From the NCBI RefSeq assembly GCF_009914755.1, contig NC_060935.1: 64,000 bases of DNA. The stretch is one strand, 5' to 3'. Numbering within the stretch: the first letter of the stretch is position 1; each line of letters opens with the position of its first letter. Below the pieces are notes generated by a model, which was given only the letters and a program-made list of their open reading frames with translations, was not told where the DNA came from and did no database searches. This DNA comes from the human T2T-CHM13v2.0 reference genome, Homo sapiens. Position numbers and translations under genes: made by a program. This document shows positions 26,553 through 46,331 of the stretch, piece after piece.

Positions 26553-27507
26553 TCCTGATCTTGCAGGAAAAGGCTTCAACTTTTCCCCATTCAGTATGAT
26601 GTTAGCTGTGAATTTGTCATATATGGCCTTTGTTGTTTTGAGGTATATACATTATATGCCTAATTTGTTAAAAAGAGATGTGAAATGTTGTCAAATACTT
26701 TTTCTGTGTCTATTGAAATGATCATATAGCTTTCATTTCTCTCTTTTTTTAATGTAGTGTATTGCTAGAATTGTACGTTAGTATAGCCAGAATATGGAAA
26801 CCAGTAGGCAAGTTGCTCAAAAAATTAAAAAGAGAACTACCATATAATCCAACAATCACATTACTGGGTATATATGCAAAGAAAATGAAAACAGTATGTC
26901 GAATTACAGAACTATTTGCATTATTTGCACTATTTATAATAGCCAAGACATGGAATCAACCCAAGTGTTCAGCAACAGATGAATGGATAAAGAAAATATG
27001 GTACATGCAATGAAATTCTATTCATTCATATAAAATGGAATCCTGTCAATTGAGACAACATGGATGGACCTGGATGACATCACATTAAGTGTAGTAAGCC
27101 AGACACAGAAAGACAAACACTACATGATCTCATTCATATGCTGAACCTAAAAAACTCTTTAAATAGTTAATATCATGAGAGCAGAGAGTAAAACAGTGGT
27201 TACTAGAGACTGGGGAGAGGAAGGAGGGCAGGGAGAGTTCAGTCAACTTGAATGAAGCTATGATTACATAAGAAGAATAAGTTCTGGTGTTCTATTGTAC
27301 AGTAGGACAATGATGGTTAACAGTAAGGTATTCTACATTACAAAATAGCCAGAAGAGAAGTTTTTGAATGTTCTCATCACGAAAAAACGATAAATACATG
27401 AGGTGATAAATATGCCCTGATTTGATCATTCTACAATATACATGTGTCAAAACATCCAATTGTATCCCTTAAACATGTATAATTATAATGTGTTAACTAA
27501 AAATAAA
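26553..27507 (+). mobile_element. L1MA4/5-like 3' fragment with inverted 5' piece (26553-26760 antisense ORF2)
   Basis: Antisense ttttccccattcagtatgatgttagctgtg abuts sense gaactaccatataatccaacaatc...3' UTR...aaaaataaa. Confidence 0.8.
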
Positions 27508-27531
27508 TTGTTTTATATATTATATAAATGA

Positions 27532-27535
<4 letters not shown>

Positions 27536-27601
<66 letters not shown>
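27536..27601. repeat. (TA)n(CA)n microsatellite
   Basis: Direct reading. Confidence 0.95.
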
Positions 27602-27602
<1 letters not shown>

Positions 27603-28545
27603 TTGAGAAACAAAAATTTCTGAGATACACAGATAAAGACACATTTACTGGCTAACACTATCAGGGACTTAGATATTGTCTGTATTTTCATTCATTCATT
27701 TTTACCATTGCAAGGGTATATACTATCAGCATGTTTTATGATGGTTGATGTTGACTTCCATCATCTGGCTGAAGTAGTGTTATCATTTGTCTGCACCATA
27801 AAGTTACTTTAGTTTCCCCCTTTCCCATACTGTACTCTTTGGAAAAAAGTCACTATGCACAGTCCATATTTAAAGAGTTGGGATTTAGCTCCCTCTTCCT
27901 GAGTGCGGAGAACCTACATAATTTATTTAGAATTATTCTGCACAGATTTGTTGACACATTTCAATGTGTTTTTTTGTTTGTTTATTTATTTAAGCACTTC
28001 TATATTTTCTTGTACTACAAGATGCTCCAGGCTCAGATTGTACATTGCCTATCCTAGTCAAAGAATCAGATATTTCTCTAACAAGCCCTGGGTCCTTTCA
28101 CTAGTGCATAGTGTTAGAAACAAGATCTGTGTTCTAGAAATGATCATTGCTACTGAGGTGTAATTTCTTTTAGGACCCCCTCAGCAGACAGTACAAATAA
28201 ATGCACGTCATACTAACCCATGTATATATACATATTTAAAAATATTTCTATATCTAAATATACACATTTATATGACGGTGAACATCAGTTCTTAGCAATG
28301 TCTCTAGGTCTAACCTATTACCACATGTGTTATTCTAGCTTCCCCCTCCCACTGTGTGCAAATTCCCACTCTTACAGTGAGAAGTCTGGCTCCCAGCATT
28401 CACCATGTATTTACTTAATTGTTCAATTCCAGTATACGCATAGAGAAATATCAGAATTCTTAACCCCTATACCCAAGGAAAGTAACTTTATCAGCCACAG
28501 TACAGTAACGATGTGTAATTCCTTTGGCCTTTGTGATTACAGGCC

Positions 28546-28963
28546 ATAATGTTTAATTTTCTATGTCAATTTGGCAGGGCCACAGTACCCAGCTATGTGA
28601 TTAAATGTTATTTCTGTGTATGTCTGAAAGGGTGCTTCTGGAAGGCATTAGCATTTGAATTGGGGGACACTGTCAAGGAGATTGCCATCTCCAATGTGGG
28701 TGGGCATCATCCAACCTCTTGAGAGCTCAAAAAAAAAAAAAAAAGATAAAACCAATTCAATTTTCCTTTTTTGCCAGACTCATTGAGCTAAGATATTGGC
28801 CCCTGTCCTTGGACTGGGGCTTACACCATTGACACTCCTGATTCAAAGGCCTTCAGACTCTAAATGGAATTTACACCACTGGCTTTCCTGGGTCTTGAGC
28901 TTATATACAGCAGATTGTGGGATTTCTCAGCCTCATGTGAGCAAATAGCTTATAATAAATCTC
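28546..28963 (+). mobile_element. MLT2C/D-like LTR, 3'-truncated
   Basis: taattttctatgtcaatttggcagggccacagtaccca...attgccatctccaatgtgggtgggcatcatccaa...cagcctcatgtgagc...ataataaatctc. Confidence 0.8.
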
Positions 28964-32615
<3,652 letters not shown>

Positions 32616-34017
32616 GTATAACAAAGTATAGTTTCACCACCCAAAAGCTCCCTGTTGTTTACCTACTCATCCCTTGTCCTGGACTCTGAAACTCTGATCT
32701 TCTTACTGTACCCAAAGTTTCGCCTTTTTCAGGATGTCATATAATTGAAATCATACAATACGTAGCCTTTTCAAATTTGTTTCATTCAAGTAGAGATGTG
32801 CTTTGAGCTTCCTCCATGTCTTTTAGGCTTGGTAGCTCATTAATTTTTATTGTTGAATAATATTTCATCATAGGGACATGCTACAGTTTGTTAATCTATT
32901 TACCCATTGAAAAACTTCTTGGCTGCTTCTAGTTTTAGGCAATTACATAAAAGTTGCAACAAGCAATCATGTGCAGGTTTTGTGTGTTTGTGTAGAATTC
33001 ACTTAGAATACCTAGGAGCAAAACTACTAGGACATATGATAAGACTATGTTTAGCATTGCAAAGAACTGCCTAACCGTTGTGCATAGTTGTCTTACTGTG
33101 ATTGTATCATATTGCATTCCCACCAGCAATAAATTAGTTTCTGTTGCTCCACATTCTGGTGCATATTTGGTGCTTCCCCTGCTTAGGATTTTAGCCATTC
33201 TAATAAATGTATACTAGTATCTCCTTTTTATTTTAATTGGAAATTCTCAAATGAATTATGATATTGAACATAGTTTCATATACATTTGCCACTGTATATC
33301 TTCTTTCGAGAGGTGTCTATTCAGATCCTTTGCTCATTTTTAAATTGCATTATTTTATTATTCTTGAGTTTTAAGACTTCTTTGTATATCTTTAACACAA
33401 ATCCTATATCAGATATGTGTTTTCCAAATAATTCCTCCAAGTCTATGGCTTGCTTTTCATTATCTTAAGTCTTTTTTACAGAGCAAAAGTTTTAATATTA
33501 ATAAACTTCAAGTTATAAATTTTTTCATAGATTGTACTTTTGATGTTGTACCAAATCCAAAGTCATCTAGATTTTCTCTTTAGTTTTCTTCTAGACATTT
33601 TCCAGTTTTGTATTATATATTTAAGTCTATGATCCAATTTGGGTTAATATTTGTGAAAAATATAAGTTCTATTTCTACATTCATCCTTTTACATATGGAC
33701 ATCCAATTGTTACAGCACCATTTGCTGAAAAGAGGATCCTTTCTTCAAGAATTGCTTTCGTTTCTTTTTCAAAGTTCAATTGGCTATTTTTGTATGGGTT
33801 AATTTCTAGAATCTCTATTCTGTTTTTTTTAAATATATATATATTTTGCTAATATCATGTTGGCTTAATGACTGTATCTTTAATAGTAAGTCTAGAATTT
33901 GGCTATTATCAGTCCTCCAATTTCTTCTTCTTTAGTATTTAGTTGGCCATTTTGAGGCTTGGCTTTCAAAATAAATTTTAGAATCATTTGATTGATATCC
34001 ACAAAATAGCTTGCTAA

Positions 34018-34491
<474 letters not shown>

Positions 34492-35092
34492 TAGCTTTAT
34501 ACCTAAGTATTTTATTATTTTGGCATTATTATAAATGGTATTTATTTTTTCATTATAATTTCTATTTCTTTTATTGGTGGCATATAAAAATCAACTGAAT
34601 GTGGTATATTAATTTTGTATTCTGTGACATAATTACTGCTTAATATTTCTAAGATTTTTAAAATTCTGTCAGAATTTCTATATAAACAATCATGTCATCT
34701 ACAAACAAAGTTAGTTTTAGTTTTTTCTTAATCTACTCCTTTTAATTTCCTCTTCTTATCTTGTTGCACTAGTTAACACTTCCATTTTAATGTTGAATAA
34801 AAGTTGTTAGAGGGCACAACTTTGCTGGTTGCTGATCATAGCAAGTATTCCTGTTACTTACAGTTAAGTATGATATCAGTTGTAGAGTTTTTCCAGATGT
34901 TCTTTATCAAGTTGGATAAGTTCCCATGTATTTCTAATTTTCCGAGAATTGTTATGAATGAGTATCGGATTTTGTCAAGTGTTTTTTCTACATCAATTGA
35001 TATATTTGCAATATTTTTCTTCTTTAGCCTTGTCAATACAGTGTATTACACTAATCAGTTTTTCCAACATTAAGCCAACATTGCATATGTGG

Positions 35093-35490
35093 TGTATTAC
35101 TCAGCTTAGGATGCCTTAACAAAATATCATAGACTGAATATCTTAAGCAACAGAAATTTATTTCTCACAGCTTTGGAGGCTGGAGAGTCCAAGATCAAGA
35201 TGCTGGCCAATTCAGTTGCTGGTGAGGGCTCTTTTCCTGACTTGCAGATGTCCTGACATTGTCTTTCATTGGTTGCATGCATGGAGAGAGAGAGAAAGAT
35301 ACCAAGAAAGAGAAATATTTCTTCCTTCCTCTTCCTATAAGGCCACTAACTGCATTATAAGAGCCCCACCCTCATAACCTAATCTAATCCTAATTGTTTT
35401 CCAGATGCCCCATCTGCAGATATCATGACATTGGGGTTTAGGGATTCAATATATGAATTTTTGGGGAACACAAATTTTCAGTCCATAACA
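35093..35490 (-). mobile_element. MLT1A-like MaLR solo LTR
   Basis: tgtattactcagcttaggatgcc...aacagaaatttatttctcacagc...gtccaagatcaag...ttcagtccataaca. Confidence 0.85.
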
Positions 35491-36299
35491 TCTGAAATAA
35501 ATCCCACGTTTTCATGGTACATATTTCGTTTTATACATTGCTAGATTTATTTGCTATTACTTTCCTGAGGATTTTTGCATCTACGATCACAACAGTTATC
35601 ATTTTGTAGTTTTCCTTTCTCATAACATCTTAATTCAGTTTTAGTATTAGGGTTATTCTGTTCTTACAGAATGAATTAAGCAACAGTCCTTCTAATTTTA
35701 TTTTCTGGAAAAGACTGCAAAAATTTGTTATGTCTTCTTTCTTAATTTTTGGTAGAATTCAAAAGCAAAACCATCTAAACCTGCTTCTTTCTTTTTTGGA
35801 AGTTTATTAAATATAATTTATTATAAGTTTATTAAATATTAATTTAATATTTAATAAATTTAATCATCTTAATAGATACAATTTTATTCAGATTATTTCT
35901 CCTTCTCTGAGGTGGCAGTTTGTGTCTTTCAAGGAATCGATTCATTCATCTAAGTTCTCAAATTTAGCAGTATATAATTATTGAAAATATATTTTTAAAT
36001 TTTCCTTTTGATGTTTCTGATATAAATTTTAATGATACCTCTTTAATTTCTGATATTGGAAATGTGCATCATTTTCTTTTCCTTGGCTAGCCTTCCTCGA
36101 AGTTTATGAATTTATTGATCTTTTCAAATAATTATTTCTGGTATTGTTGTTTTTTTAATTAATAATTTATTTTCAATGTAATTAATTTCCACTCTAATTT
36201 GTATTTTTCTTTTATTGTTTGCTTTATGATTAAATTCCACTTTTTTTCCCTTCAGTTTTCTAAAAGTAGAAGCCTAGATGATAGGTTTTATATCTTCAT

Positions 36300-36638
36300 T
36301 TTAATACTTACATATGTATTAAGTACATTTATATGTATTTTAATATTTACTGCTATTTTAATACATAGATATTAAAATAAGGATATAAACCAATAATTTA
36401 ATAAATATTTAATACATATATGATATATATCTAATATATAATACATATATGTAATATATCTAATATACATAATATTTAATATATATAATATGTATCTAAT
36501 ATCTATTTAATATATGTAATATATATCTTATATATAATATAATAATACATGTAATATATATGTAATGTATATAATCTAATATATATTTAATACATATATA
36601 TGATTTTAATACTACACACATACACGCACACACACACA
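36300..36638. repeat. AT-rich low-complexity expansion ending in (CA)n
   Basis: Direct reading. Confidence 0.85.
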
Positions 36639-37044
36639 ATTGGATACTATAAGTTTTCCCTTAAGCACTGATTTCACAGAAACCCAAATTTTTTAAAGTT
36701 GTATTTCACTTTTTATTTCAGTAAATTTTAAACTTCTTGTAAGATCTTTTTTTTGTTTCATGTATCAAAGAAGTATATTGTTTAATTTTCAGATACTTGG
36801 GGATTTTCCAGCTATCATCTGTTATTGACATCAACCTCAATTCTCTTGTGGTCTGAGAATATATTTGACATTATTTCTATTTTTTAAACTTTTCCCAGGT
36901 GAGTTTTATGGCCCAGAATGTGATCTATCTTACTTCCCTGTGAGCTTGAAGAGACTGTGTATTCTACTGGTGGAGACTGTTATTCACTAAATGTCATTTA
37001 GATCAAGTGGATTGATAGTACTGTTCCAGTAATCTTTTTTAAAA

Positions 37045-37506
37045 TTTTCTATTGTTATTTATTTAGTCTTTAGAGATAGGAACTCACTGAGTTAGTCAGT
37101 CTGGCTCAAATTCCTGGGCTCAATAGATCCTCCCACTTCAGCCTCACTGTCAAAATATTCCACAATGATCCTCCAAAAACTAGTCAAATTACCATTCCAT
37201 TGATTCTACTGGATAATGAAATAAACTCATGTACTTATGAGTTAATGGCTCCAGCAGCTTCTGCGGGTAGGTGGATCTCAGGTGTGATTTGCTAAATTTG
37301 ACTGTGTTTCCACACTTAAGGTGATTGTTCGACCTGTTCCTTGAAATCACTGATGCCATTAATAAAAGTCATTGATTTTCAATTTATTCAGGTTTTTCTT
37401 GTTGGAAGAAGTGGGGTGATGACTTCCAAGATCTTTACATGTAAGAGTTGATACCAGACATAAGGCCACGTATTTTTGGGCTACAGGCATGCACCACTAT
37501 ACCCTG
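37045..37506 (-). mobile_element. FLAM (free left Alu monomer) split by a 335-bp insertion
   Basis: tagagatagg...ttcctgggctcaatagatcctcccacttcagcctc [insert] tgggctacaggcatgcaccactataccc. Confidence 0.8.
37143..37477 (+). repeat. Inserted copy of 39807-40145
   Basis: Manual alignment: about 32 substitutions plus 2 small indels in about 335 bp. Confidence 0.95.
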
Positions 37507-38210
37507 TTTAGGTTAACTAAATCCTTACTGATTTTCTGCCTGCTTGATCTATAAATTACTGAAGAGGGATGTTAAGATCATCAACTCTAATAGTGAATTT
37601 GTCTCCTTTTCCTTGTAGTTCCGTTAGTGTTTGCCTTACATGTTTTGATGGTCTGCTGTCAGGTACATACATGTTAAATATATTTTCTTGGAATTTCTGC
37701 CTTCTTTGGTTTTAATTGAGCTTTCATATGATTCCATCTTATCTCCACTGTTAGCATGTATTTTACTTCCTTCAAAAAAGTTAGTGGTTACTTAGAGTTT
37801 TAATGTACCTTTGCAACTAATCTAAGTCCACCTTCAAATAACACTATATGGTTTCACAGGTAGTACAGGTATCTCACAACCAAGTATTACCAATTTCTCC
37901 CTCTTGTCCATTATAACATTACTGTCCTTTATATCATTATCCATATACACTAATTATCCATTGTGTTGTTGCTATTACTACTTTAAATGAAGAGTTTTCT
38001 TAGATGTCTTAAGAATAAGAAACATAAAAGATTTTTTAATTTTAACTTTATTTTTTTCTCTGGCACCCTTTTATCATGTGATCTGATTTTGTGACTTACC
38101 TTTATTCTCTTTGAAGATCTACTTTCAATATTTCTTGCAGGGTAGTTCTCCAGGTGCTGGATTTCCTCAGATTTTATTTATCTAAGAAAGTCTTTTTATT
38201 TCTTCCTAGC

Positions 38211-38341
38211 TTTTTTTCCAATTGTTTTTATTGTGGTAAAAATGCACATAACATAAAATTTATTATCTTAACTATTTCCAAGTATATAGTTCAGAGGTAT
38301 TAAGTACATTCACATTGTACAACCATCACCACCATCCATCT
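38211..38341 (-). mobile_element. Short L1MB-type 3' end
   Basis: ttttattgtggtaaaa...cataacataaaatttattatcttaact...attaagtacattcacattg...aaccatcaccaccatccatc. Confidence 0.75.
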
Positions 38342-40602
38342 AATTTTTACTTGATATTGAATTCTAGTTTTGTGGTAATTTTCTTTCATCACTTTAAATA
38401 TTTCACTCAACTATTCTTGCTTGCACAATGTCTGGTATAACTGTTAGCCTTAATCTGTAGGTATAAAGTTTTGGTTCTTTGTTCACTTGATTTTTTCTTT
38501 CTGGCTTCTTTCATAATTTTGTCTTTATCTTTGGTCTTCTGCAGTTTGAATATGTCATGCCTAGATTTTTGGTATTTATCCTGATCGGTGCTACCTGAGC
38601 TTCCTGAATCTGTAATTAGTTGTCCATCATTGACTTTGAAAAAGCTTGGCTATTACTATCTCAAATATTTCTTTGGTTCCTTTCTCTTATTTTTCCCTTT
38701 CAGGTGTTTAAATTATGCATATGTTGCACATTTCATGATTGTCCCACAGTTTTTGGATATTATGTTCTGGTTTTTTTTACATTCTTTTTCTTCTCTTTGC
38801 ATTTTAGTTTGGAAAGTTTCTATTGACATGTTCAAACTCACTGATTATTTTCTTGGCTGTGTCTAGTCTACAGGAAATTTATTCAAAGGTACTCTCCAAT
38901 TCTGTTGAAGCACATTTTTTTTCTAGCATTTTCTTTTGATTCTCAGTTTCCTTCTCTCTGAATGTATTACCCATCTGTCCTTCAATATTGTCCACTCTTC
39001 CATTAGATTCTTTAACATATTAATCATAGTTATTTTAAATTCCTATAGGATAATAGAAAAATATGTGTTATATATTAGTCTGGTTCTGATGCTTACGTGT
39101 TTCTTTAGGCTGTCTTTTCCTGCCTTTTATCATACCTTGTAATTTTTTGTTGAAAGACATAATATATTGTGTAATAGGAACTGATGTAAATATTCCTATA
39201 GTGTGAGGTTTTATGTTAATTTAACTAAGTGCTGGGCTGTGTTTAATGTTTGCTGAAGCTGTCAGTTCCAGAAGCTCTGGTTTCTTGGAGTGTCATTTTT
39301 TCTTTCTTTCTTTCTTTCTTTATTGTTATCTTTGGAGTTCCCTAAGAATACCTTTGAAATAGTCTATACATTACAGCTCTTTCTTTTTTAATATGCTGTT
39401 GTTATAATGGCACTCCGTTGCTGTGGTTATAAAGTATGAAGTTGGAGAAGTGTTCTATAATCTTATAATTAAGTATCAGGCTTTTAGTAGTCTAAGTTCC
39501 TGGCCAGTGACCTTCAAAAGTGTTTTTCAGCAGTTTTTTCTTTCCTTAGATGAGACCAAAAAACTGGGGATACTCAAGTTGGCTATTTGCCCTTCTCCCA
39601 TAGCAGATCAGGCTCTCGTAAAGCCATTTTTGTTGTTGTCGTTGACTACGCATTTTTAACAGGAAAAGTTTTGGGGATATCTCAAAATGGTTATTACTTT
39701 TACACCCCTTCAACCCATGATCTTTACTGCAAGAGCCTGGTACTATTCCTGGAGGTAAAATCCATGAAAATGTGAGACTTCCCTAACACTAGGTTTCAAG
39801 GAATTTCTCACTGTCAAAATATTCCACATTGATCCTCCAAAAAGTAGTCAAATTACCATTTCAGTCTTTCTACTGGATAATGAAATAAACTGGTGTCCCT
39901 ATCAGTTAATGGCTCCAGTAGCTTCTGCACCAGGTAGGTGGATCCCAGCTGTGATTTGATAAATTTGACTGTCTTTCCACACTTAAGGGGATAGTTTGCC
40001 CTGTTACTTGAAATCACTGATGCCTTTAATAAAAGTCATTGATTTTCAATTTGTTCAGGTTTTTCTTGTTGGAAGAAGGGGGGGTGATGACTTCCAAGAT
40101 CTTTAAATGTAAGAATTAAAATCAGAAATAAGGCCACATATTTTTATTATTCCTATTATTCAGATAAGGCCTTAATTGAAAATCGAAATCTATCTTTTCA
40201 AGTGCATGTTCTTACATTGGTTAAAAACTACCCTCATTAAGCTACTTAGTCTATTGGTTCTTTGATCTATTAAATGACTTACAGTTTTTGAAAAATAGAA
40301 GGCACTGAAGGAATGATAAGTAAATAAAGAAAAAAAGAATTAGGGAATATTGTTAGATTAGAAAAAATCTGAGGTGAATATAAAGTTCTGAGGCCTGTTG
40401 ATTCAAGGCTTAATATGTAGTCTAGCCAAATAAAGGTACATGTTGATGTAGAATCCATTACTTTGTATAGAATAAAAAAGAACAGATTTTTATCAGAATT
40501 GTCTTGGAATAATTCAAGTTGTCAGGATAGAGTGTCCAAAGTCAAACTGGAAAGTTGGAATTTATATAGATATATATATATAATATATTTTACTATCTGG
40601 AA

Positions 40603-40661
40603 CTGAAGCTATCAGTTCCAGAAGCTTTTGTTTCTTCGAGTGTCATTTTTTTCTTTCTTTC
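40603..40661 (+). repeat. Copy of 39253-39310 embedded in TA-rich DNA
   Basis: ctgaagct(a/g)tcagttccagaagct...tttctt(c/g)gagtgtcattttttt. Confidence 0.9.
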
Positions 40662-40824
40662 ATAAATATAATATACATTATATTTAATATATAATTTATA
40701 TTTACATTATATTTAATATATAATTTATATTTACATTATATATTGAGAATATATAGTATTATATAATTTTCATATATAAAATAATATATATACATTATAG
40801 CCACACATACACAAATATAATCCT

Positions 40825-41304
40825 TGTTATGGGTCGAATTGTGTCCCAGATAAAGATATGCCAAATCCCTAGCCCCCAGTACCTGTGAATATGACTTTAT
40901 TTGGAAATAGGATATTTTCATATATAATCAAGTTAAGATGAGGTCATTAAGGTGGGCCTATACGCCACTTAACTCGTGTCCTTATAAAAAGAAGGAATTT
41001 GGACCCTGAGAAAAACTCACAGAGTAGGGAGATGACACAGAGACACACAGGAAGAAGGCAGTCATATGATGATCTAATCCAGAGAGATTGGAGTCAATCT
41101 GCTTCAAGCTAAGGAACACATGGCACTAGCAGAAGCCAGAAGACACAAGGAATGATGCTCCTCTAGAAACTTCAGAGGGTGCATAGCCCTGCCAACACAC
41201 TGATTTTGGATAGCCAGCATCCAGAATTATAAGAGTAAATTTCTGTTGTTTCAAGAGACCCAGTATGAGGTACTTGGCTACAGCAGTCCTAGGAAACTAA
41301 TATA
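40825..41304 (+). mobile_element. MLT1C-like MaLR solo LTR
   Basis: tgttatgggtcgaattgtgtccc...gactttatttggaaatagg...aaatttctgttgttt...cagcagtcctaggaaactaata; TSD a(t/a)cct. Confidence 0.9.
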
Positions 41305-41729
41305 AACCTTCTGGGTTTGTGCAGGTTAGGCAAATGGCTTTTACTGAAGATGTTTTTGTTGTTGTTTCTGATGAGTTAAGTAAATAAATAAGAAATGGCA
41401 ACCTTGCTGAGAGCCCAAATTTCCAAATATCAATATGCACAGAAGTCTCACGTGTTTCTAAAAGTTAACTTTCTTTAGTATACTCTGGTATTCAATAAAA
41501 TGCATTGAGATTTCAATGTAAGTATGCAAAATCCACCCTTTCTGCACTTCCTAATATCCATACGAAGTCACTAGTGACTGTGACATATGCGGTTCTTTAA
41601 TTTGTATCAACAAACTTATATTGAACACCTACTATGTGTTAGCTACTGTTAAATGCTTTAGATAGAAAGCACAGTCTATTATGTTTAAGCACCTAAAAGT
41701 CTCCTGAAAGTAATATTAATTAATTGATT

Positions 41730-43988
<2,259 letters not shown>

Positions 43989-45914
43989 TCAGCATCCAAT
44001 GTGTGTCAGGCCCTGTTCTGGGAACCAGGATAAAATGATGAGTACATTATGTGTTTTGAGAGCAGTCTGTGTTTACCATTACCAATATGGGTTTGAGAAT
44101 AAAGTTGTAAGAAATAAGTTAAAAGGTGCAAAGTTAGATTATACCTAACATGCATATATTTACACTCCTTTTAATTGTCATATTTTATTGTCTGATGCCT
44201 TTGAGAAAATAAAGGGTTAAGAAGCAGGTCTGCCATCACTCCTCTCCAAAAGAAAGAAGTTAGTCACCATTGACTTGTCTAGCCCCTAGCGAGAGTCCTT
44301 TTGACAAACACACCAATGGCATATGCTAGCAGGAGGGTCCTTACCTATGGATGCTTTCAAAAGGATGCACCTGGTCTAAGATTACTTGTTGTAAAAAAAT
44401 CTGGAATCTGTTGATTATGAGACATGTTTTCTTAGAAAGTGTCATGTAAGCCATTTACCTGGGTATAACATGGAAATGTTTCTTGTCTGAGATAAATCTC
44501 CTCTAGGTCAATGATCAAACCACACACAGTGCTTAAGAATCTCATGTTCCTCTGGGTTACAGTGTCTCTGAAGAAGCAAACAAGAACCCGGGAAACCATG
44601 TTGATGGCCCCAGGTTTTGTTTTCCCTGCACCTTATGATGACTTCTGGTCTTAAAATTGTTTGTGAAGCTTCCAATTAAATAAGGTTTTGAATGTTTGTG
44701 AAGCTGGCTTGACCAATTCTTTGTGTTATTTTACTTTCCAGTTAGAACTTAAATTACTGCTATGCCCTTAAAAACCTTTGTCTTCCCTATGATACCATAA
44801 GCACATTTGCACAAATGTTTGCAATTGTCAAATATGCATGAGAAATTTCACATAGCTGTTTTATTTCAATAAGCTTATGAGAAAGGAATTATTGTCACTA
44901 CTTTACAGAGGATTTCATTAGGGTTCAGAGGTTAAAAAAAATTCCCCAAACTTTTATGTGTCAGGGACCAAATACGAACCCAAACATGTTACTTCAAAGC
45001 ATGTTGTTTTACCATTCTATTATAATCCATGGGTCTAGGCAAGTAGATAAGTACTCAATAAACAAATTCAGTATATCTACTCTGACGACCAATCCTTGGA
45101 AGAAACAAACTTTCTATTTAATAAATTAATGAGTAAAATAAATTAGGTAGCTTCAGACTAATGTGTGTATTGACAATTTATCTGTCTTGGCTTACAAAAC
45201 TTGTTTATTGGCAGTTATGACGAAATAGATAATGTGCTATAGAGATCCCTGCCAGAAACTTAAAATTTATTGAATCTTCCATGTTTCCTTATCCTTTTCA
45301 GTTTTCTTTTATGCTTTTCCCCTTTACATTTGCCTTGTCCTTTTGTTGCAGAAATCAAGAGTAGTAACCATGATTTATGTTTAGATAATGAGAATTGGCT
45401 TTAATTAATATGGAAAAGTTATTACCTTTTTGGGTTGAAAATATTCAGACTGCTTTTTCTCCTTCTGCAAATAATTTAATTGATTTCCTCCTTCACAAAG
45501 AGGTTATAACTCACATTCCAAGCTAACTAAACCTGGAGAAAATACTATCTCGTTAGAATACAGCTTATTATTTATGTATAAATTATCGTTACCAGTAATG
45601 GTGGTATTATTACTTTTACCAATTATCTTATATTTTATTCCATCTAGAGTGGAATCACCCAAAGCAATTTGATTGATCCTCACACACATGAAAAAGTAGT
45701 CAAGAATTGGCAGTGAAGCTGACTGAGAAAGCAGGGTGCATGCATCCTAACATAATTCTAAAACAGTTCTAACTCTGTAGCTCACATCCCAGAATGTTTC
45801 AACTGGCTGTTAGTATGTCTGTAGCTATTATAAATGCTGACTGCAGCAGGCAAAAATCTATTCCTATCACAGCAAAGGTATTTGAATTGAGAACAGCAAA
45901 TCTAGGATATAGAC

Positions 45915-46331
45915 CTATAGGGCCACTTGTGGCTTTGTGACTACCCAGTATCTACTCTACCTCTTGGAAGGATTCTCTTCCTCTCACTTGACACAGTCTG
46001 GTGGGACTAAAATCAATGTGTCAAGAACACATCTGTGGAAAAAGCAGATACATCACCCAAACAAGACCAACAAGATCCTTCTCCATAGAATTTGAATCAA
46101 TTTGAATCTTGAGAGATAAATAAAGCAGACTTAAAACAGTAAGAAATCATTTGCTTCAGGAGTGCTCTTGAGATGAGTGTGAGACTGGACATTCTAAGTA
46201 TTTTATGAGCTTGAATCTTCAAATTTTCTGTCATTTCTTTTATAATGCATCTCTAAGACTGTCTAACAAATTCAATTTTTTCATTTAGGTAGATTTGTTT
46301 TGCTGGCAACAAAAACATTCTAATTGATACC
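45915..46331 (+). mobile_element. Ancient MLT1 (K-N type) LTR
   Basis: tctggtgggact...gaccaacaagatccttctcc...ttgctggcaacaaaaacattctaattgatac. Confidence 0.45.
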
